The notes under the pieces are model-generated. The model worked only from the letters and a program-made list of their open reading frames with translations, had not been told where the DNA came from and did not search any database. Positions 62,987 to 64,000 of a stretch of 64,000 nucleotides of DNA are shown here, one piece after another. This stretch comes from Amphiscolops sp. MND2022 (Eukaryota). The position numbers and the translations under genes were made by a program. The first letter of the stretch is position 1; each line of letters starts with the position of its first letter. The DNA is taken from the NCBI GenBank assembly GCA_964187785.1, contig OZ076409.1:67954001-68018000 (forward strand). The letters are read 5' to 3'.

Positions 62987-63109
62987 ACAAAGATGAATGT
63001 GCTTCTAACAATGGTGGCTGTCAGACAGTGTGTACTAACACAGATGGCTCTTTTAATTGTGGCTGCAGCACCGGCTACGAGGTTCATCCCAATGGGTTTG
63101 CATGTATAG
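62987..63109 (+). CDS. Calcium-binding EGF exon of the same gene
   Basis: tgtag|AC...ATAG|GTGAG, phase 1-1; [41 protein letters not shown]. Confidence 0.9.
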   Translation, partial: TKMNVLLTMVAVRQCVLTQMALLIVAAAPATRFIPMGLHV

Positions 63110-63403
63110 GTGAGCTGACTCAACATTATTTGGCCAATATCTTCGAAGCAACGAAACGTGCAATTTTGTCTGCAACTGTAAAACAGTTTCGCTATGTTAT
63201 TGATGAATATACAGAATTTAATTGCTTGTTAGTCCGCATCAAACTATATTACTGACTTTCTTAAGACCACGAACTAACGGATTTTTATAAACTAGTTACT
63301 GCCGATCGTCCTGCCACTTGGCCTAGTGGGAAGCGTGGTTTAATAAAAAGCAGGAGTAACTTGGATTCGAATTTTGTGTGGGGCTAAAATGAATTCAAAT
63401 TTT

Positions 63404-63937
63404 TATTATTTCTGCGATAGCAGGAATAATATAGAAATCTGAAAAATGAAACTTTTCAGTCGACTTTTGTTAGCGATCCGAGTACTTACTAGAAAATTCA
63501 AATTTTGTTCGGCAGTGAGTATAAGCGTGAGATTTAAATTTCTCAAGCTGTCAAGGACACTTCATTTCTCGTGCGATGAAACGAGCAGGTGGTAATTATG
63601 TATTCGTACGCCGAATTCCTTAAGGTGAAGCGAGCGAATGTTCGTAGTTATGCTTTCGTACGTCGAGGTATTGGAATGAAGCGAATGAGTGTTAATTCGG
63701 TATTCGTTCGCCGAGAGCTTCGCCTGCATTCAAATGCGAATACGAAGCTTCGTCTACGCTTAGTAGTGATATATTCTTTAGTCCGAGAAGCATTAAAGGC
63801 GTTGTAAACTGATACAGTAACCATTGTGCGCCATATAATGATTAAGCAGGAGTGTTTGGTTTTTCCAAATATGCTTCTATTATTGAATATGAAAGCCTAA
63901 AAGCAGAAATAAAACCGCGCCCGCAGGGGCCTGTGTT
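63404..63937 (+). mobile_element. HINE-like family C, diverged copy 3
   Basis: atttctgcgatagcaggaat ... aaagcagaaat...gcccgcaggggc; colinear with copies 1 and 2. Confidence 0.7.
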
Positions 63938-64000
63938 CAAAACTAGAGATGAAATATTATTTCTAGAGGTTTTCGGCACTGTGCGACTTCTTTGGAATTT

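Overview
AT-rich eukaryotic (almost certainly animal, invertebrate-like) genomic DNA with spliceosomal introns and a heavy transposon load. Host genes: the 5' part of a TRPM-family channel gene (minus, 3 exons seen), an apparently complete ~3,356-aa SZT2 (KICSTOR scaffold) gene in only two giant coding exons (minus), and the start of a secreted EGF/cbEGF-repeat gene (plus). About 19.5 kb (35947-55512) looks like one decayed, very large Gypsy LTR retroelement. Downstream of gag-pol it carries about 10 kb of sense-strand accessory ORFs, including a TARG1/OARD1-like macrodomain and an SGNH-fold-like ORF; this is the best candidate here for an undescribed system. The rest comprises three CRE-clade non-LTR copies, LINE fragments, a Tc1 relic, a deleted hAT, MULE- and Tc1-type MITEs, several DINE-1/HINE-like families and tRNA-derived elements. 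All family assignments come from motif recognition by eye; no searches were run.
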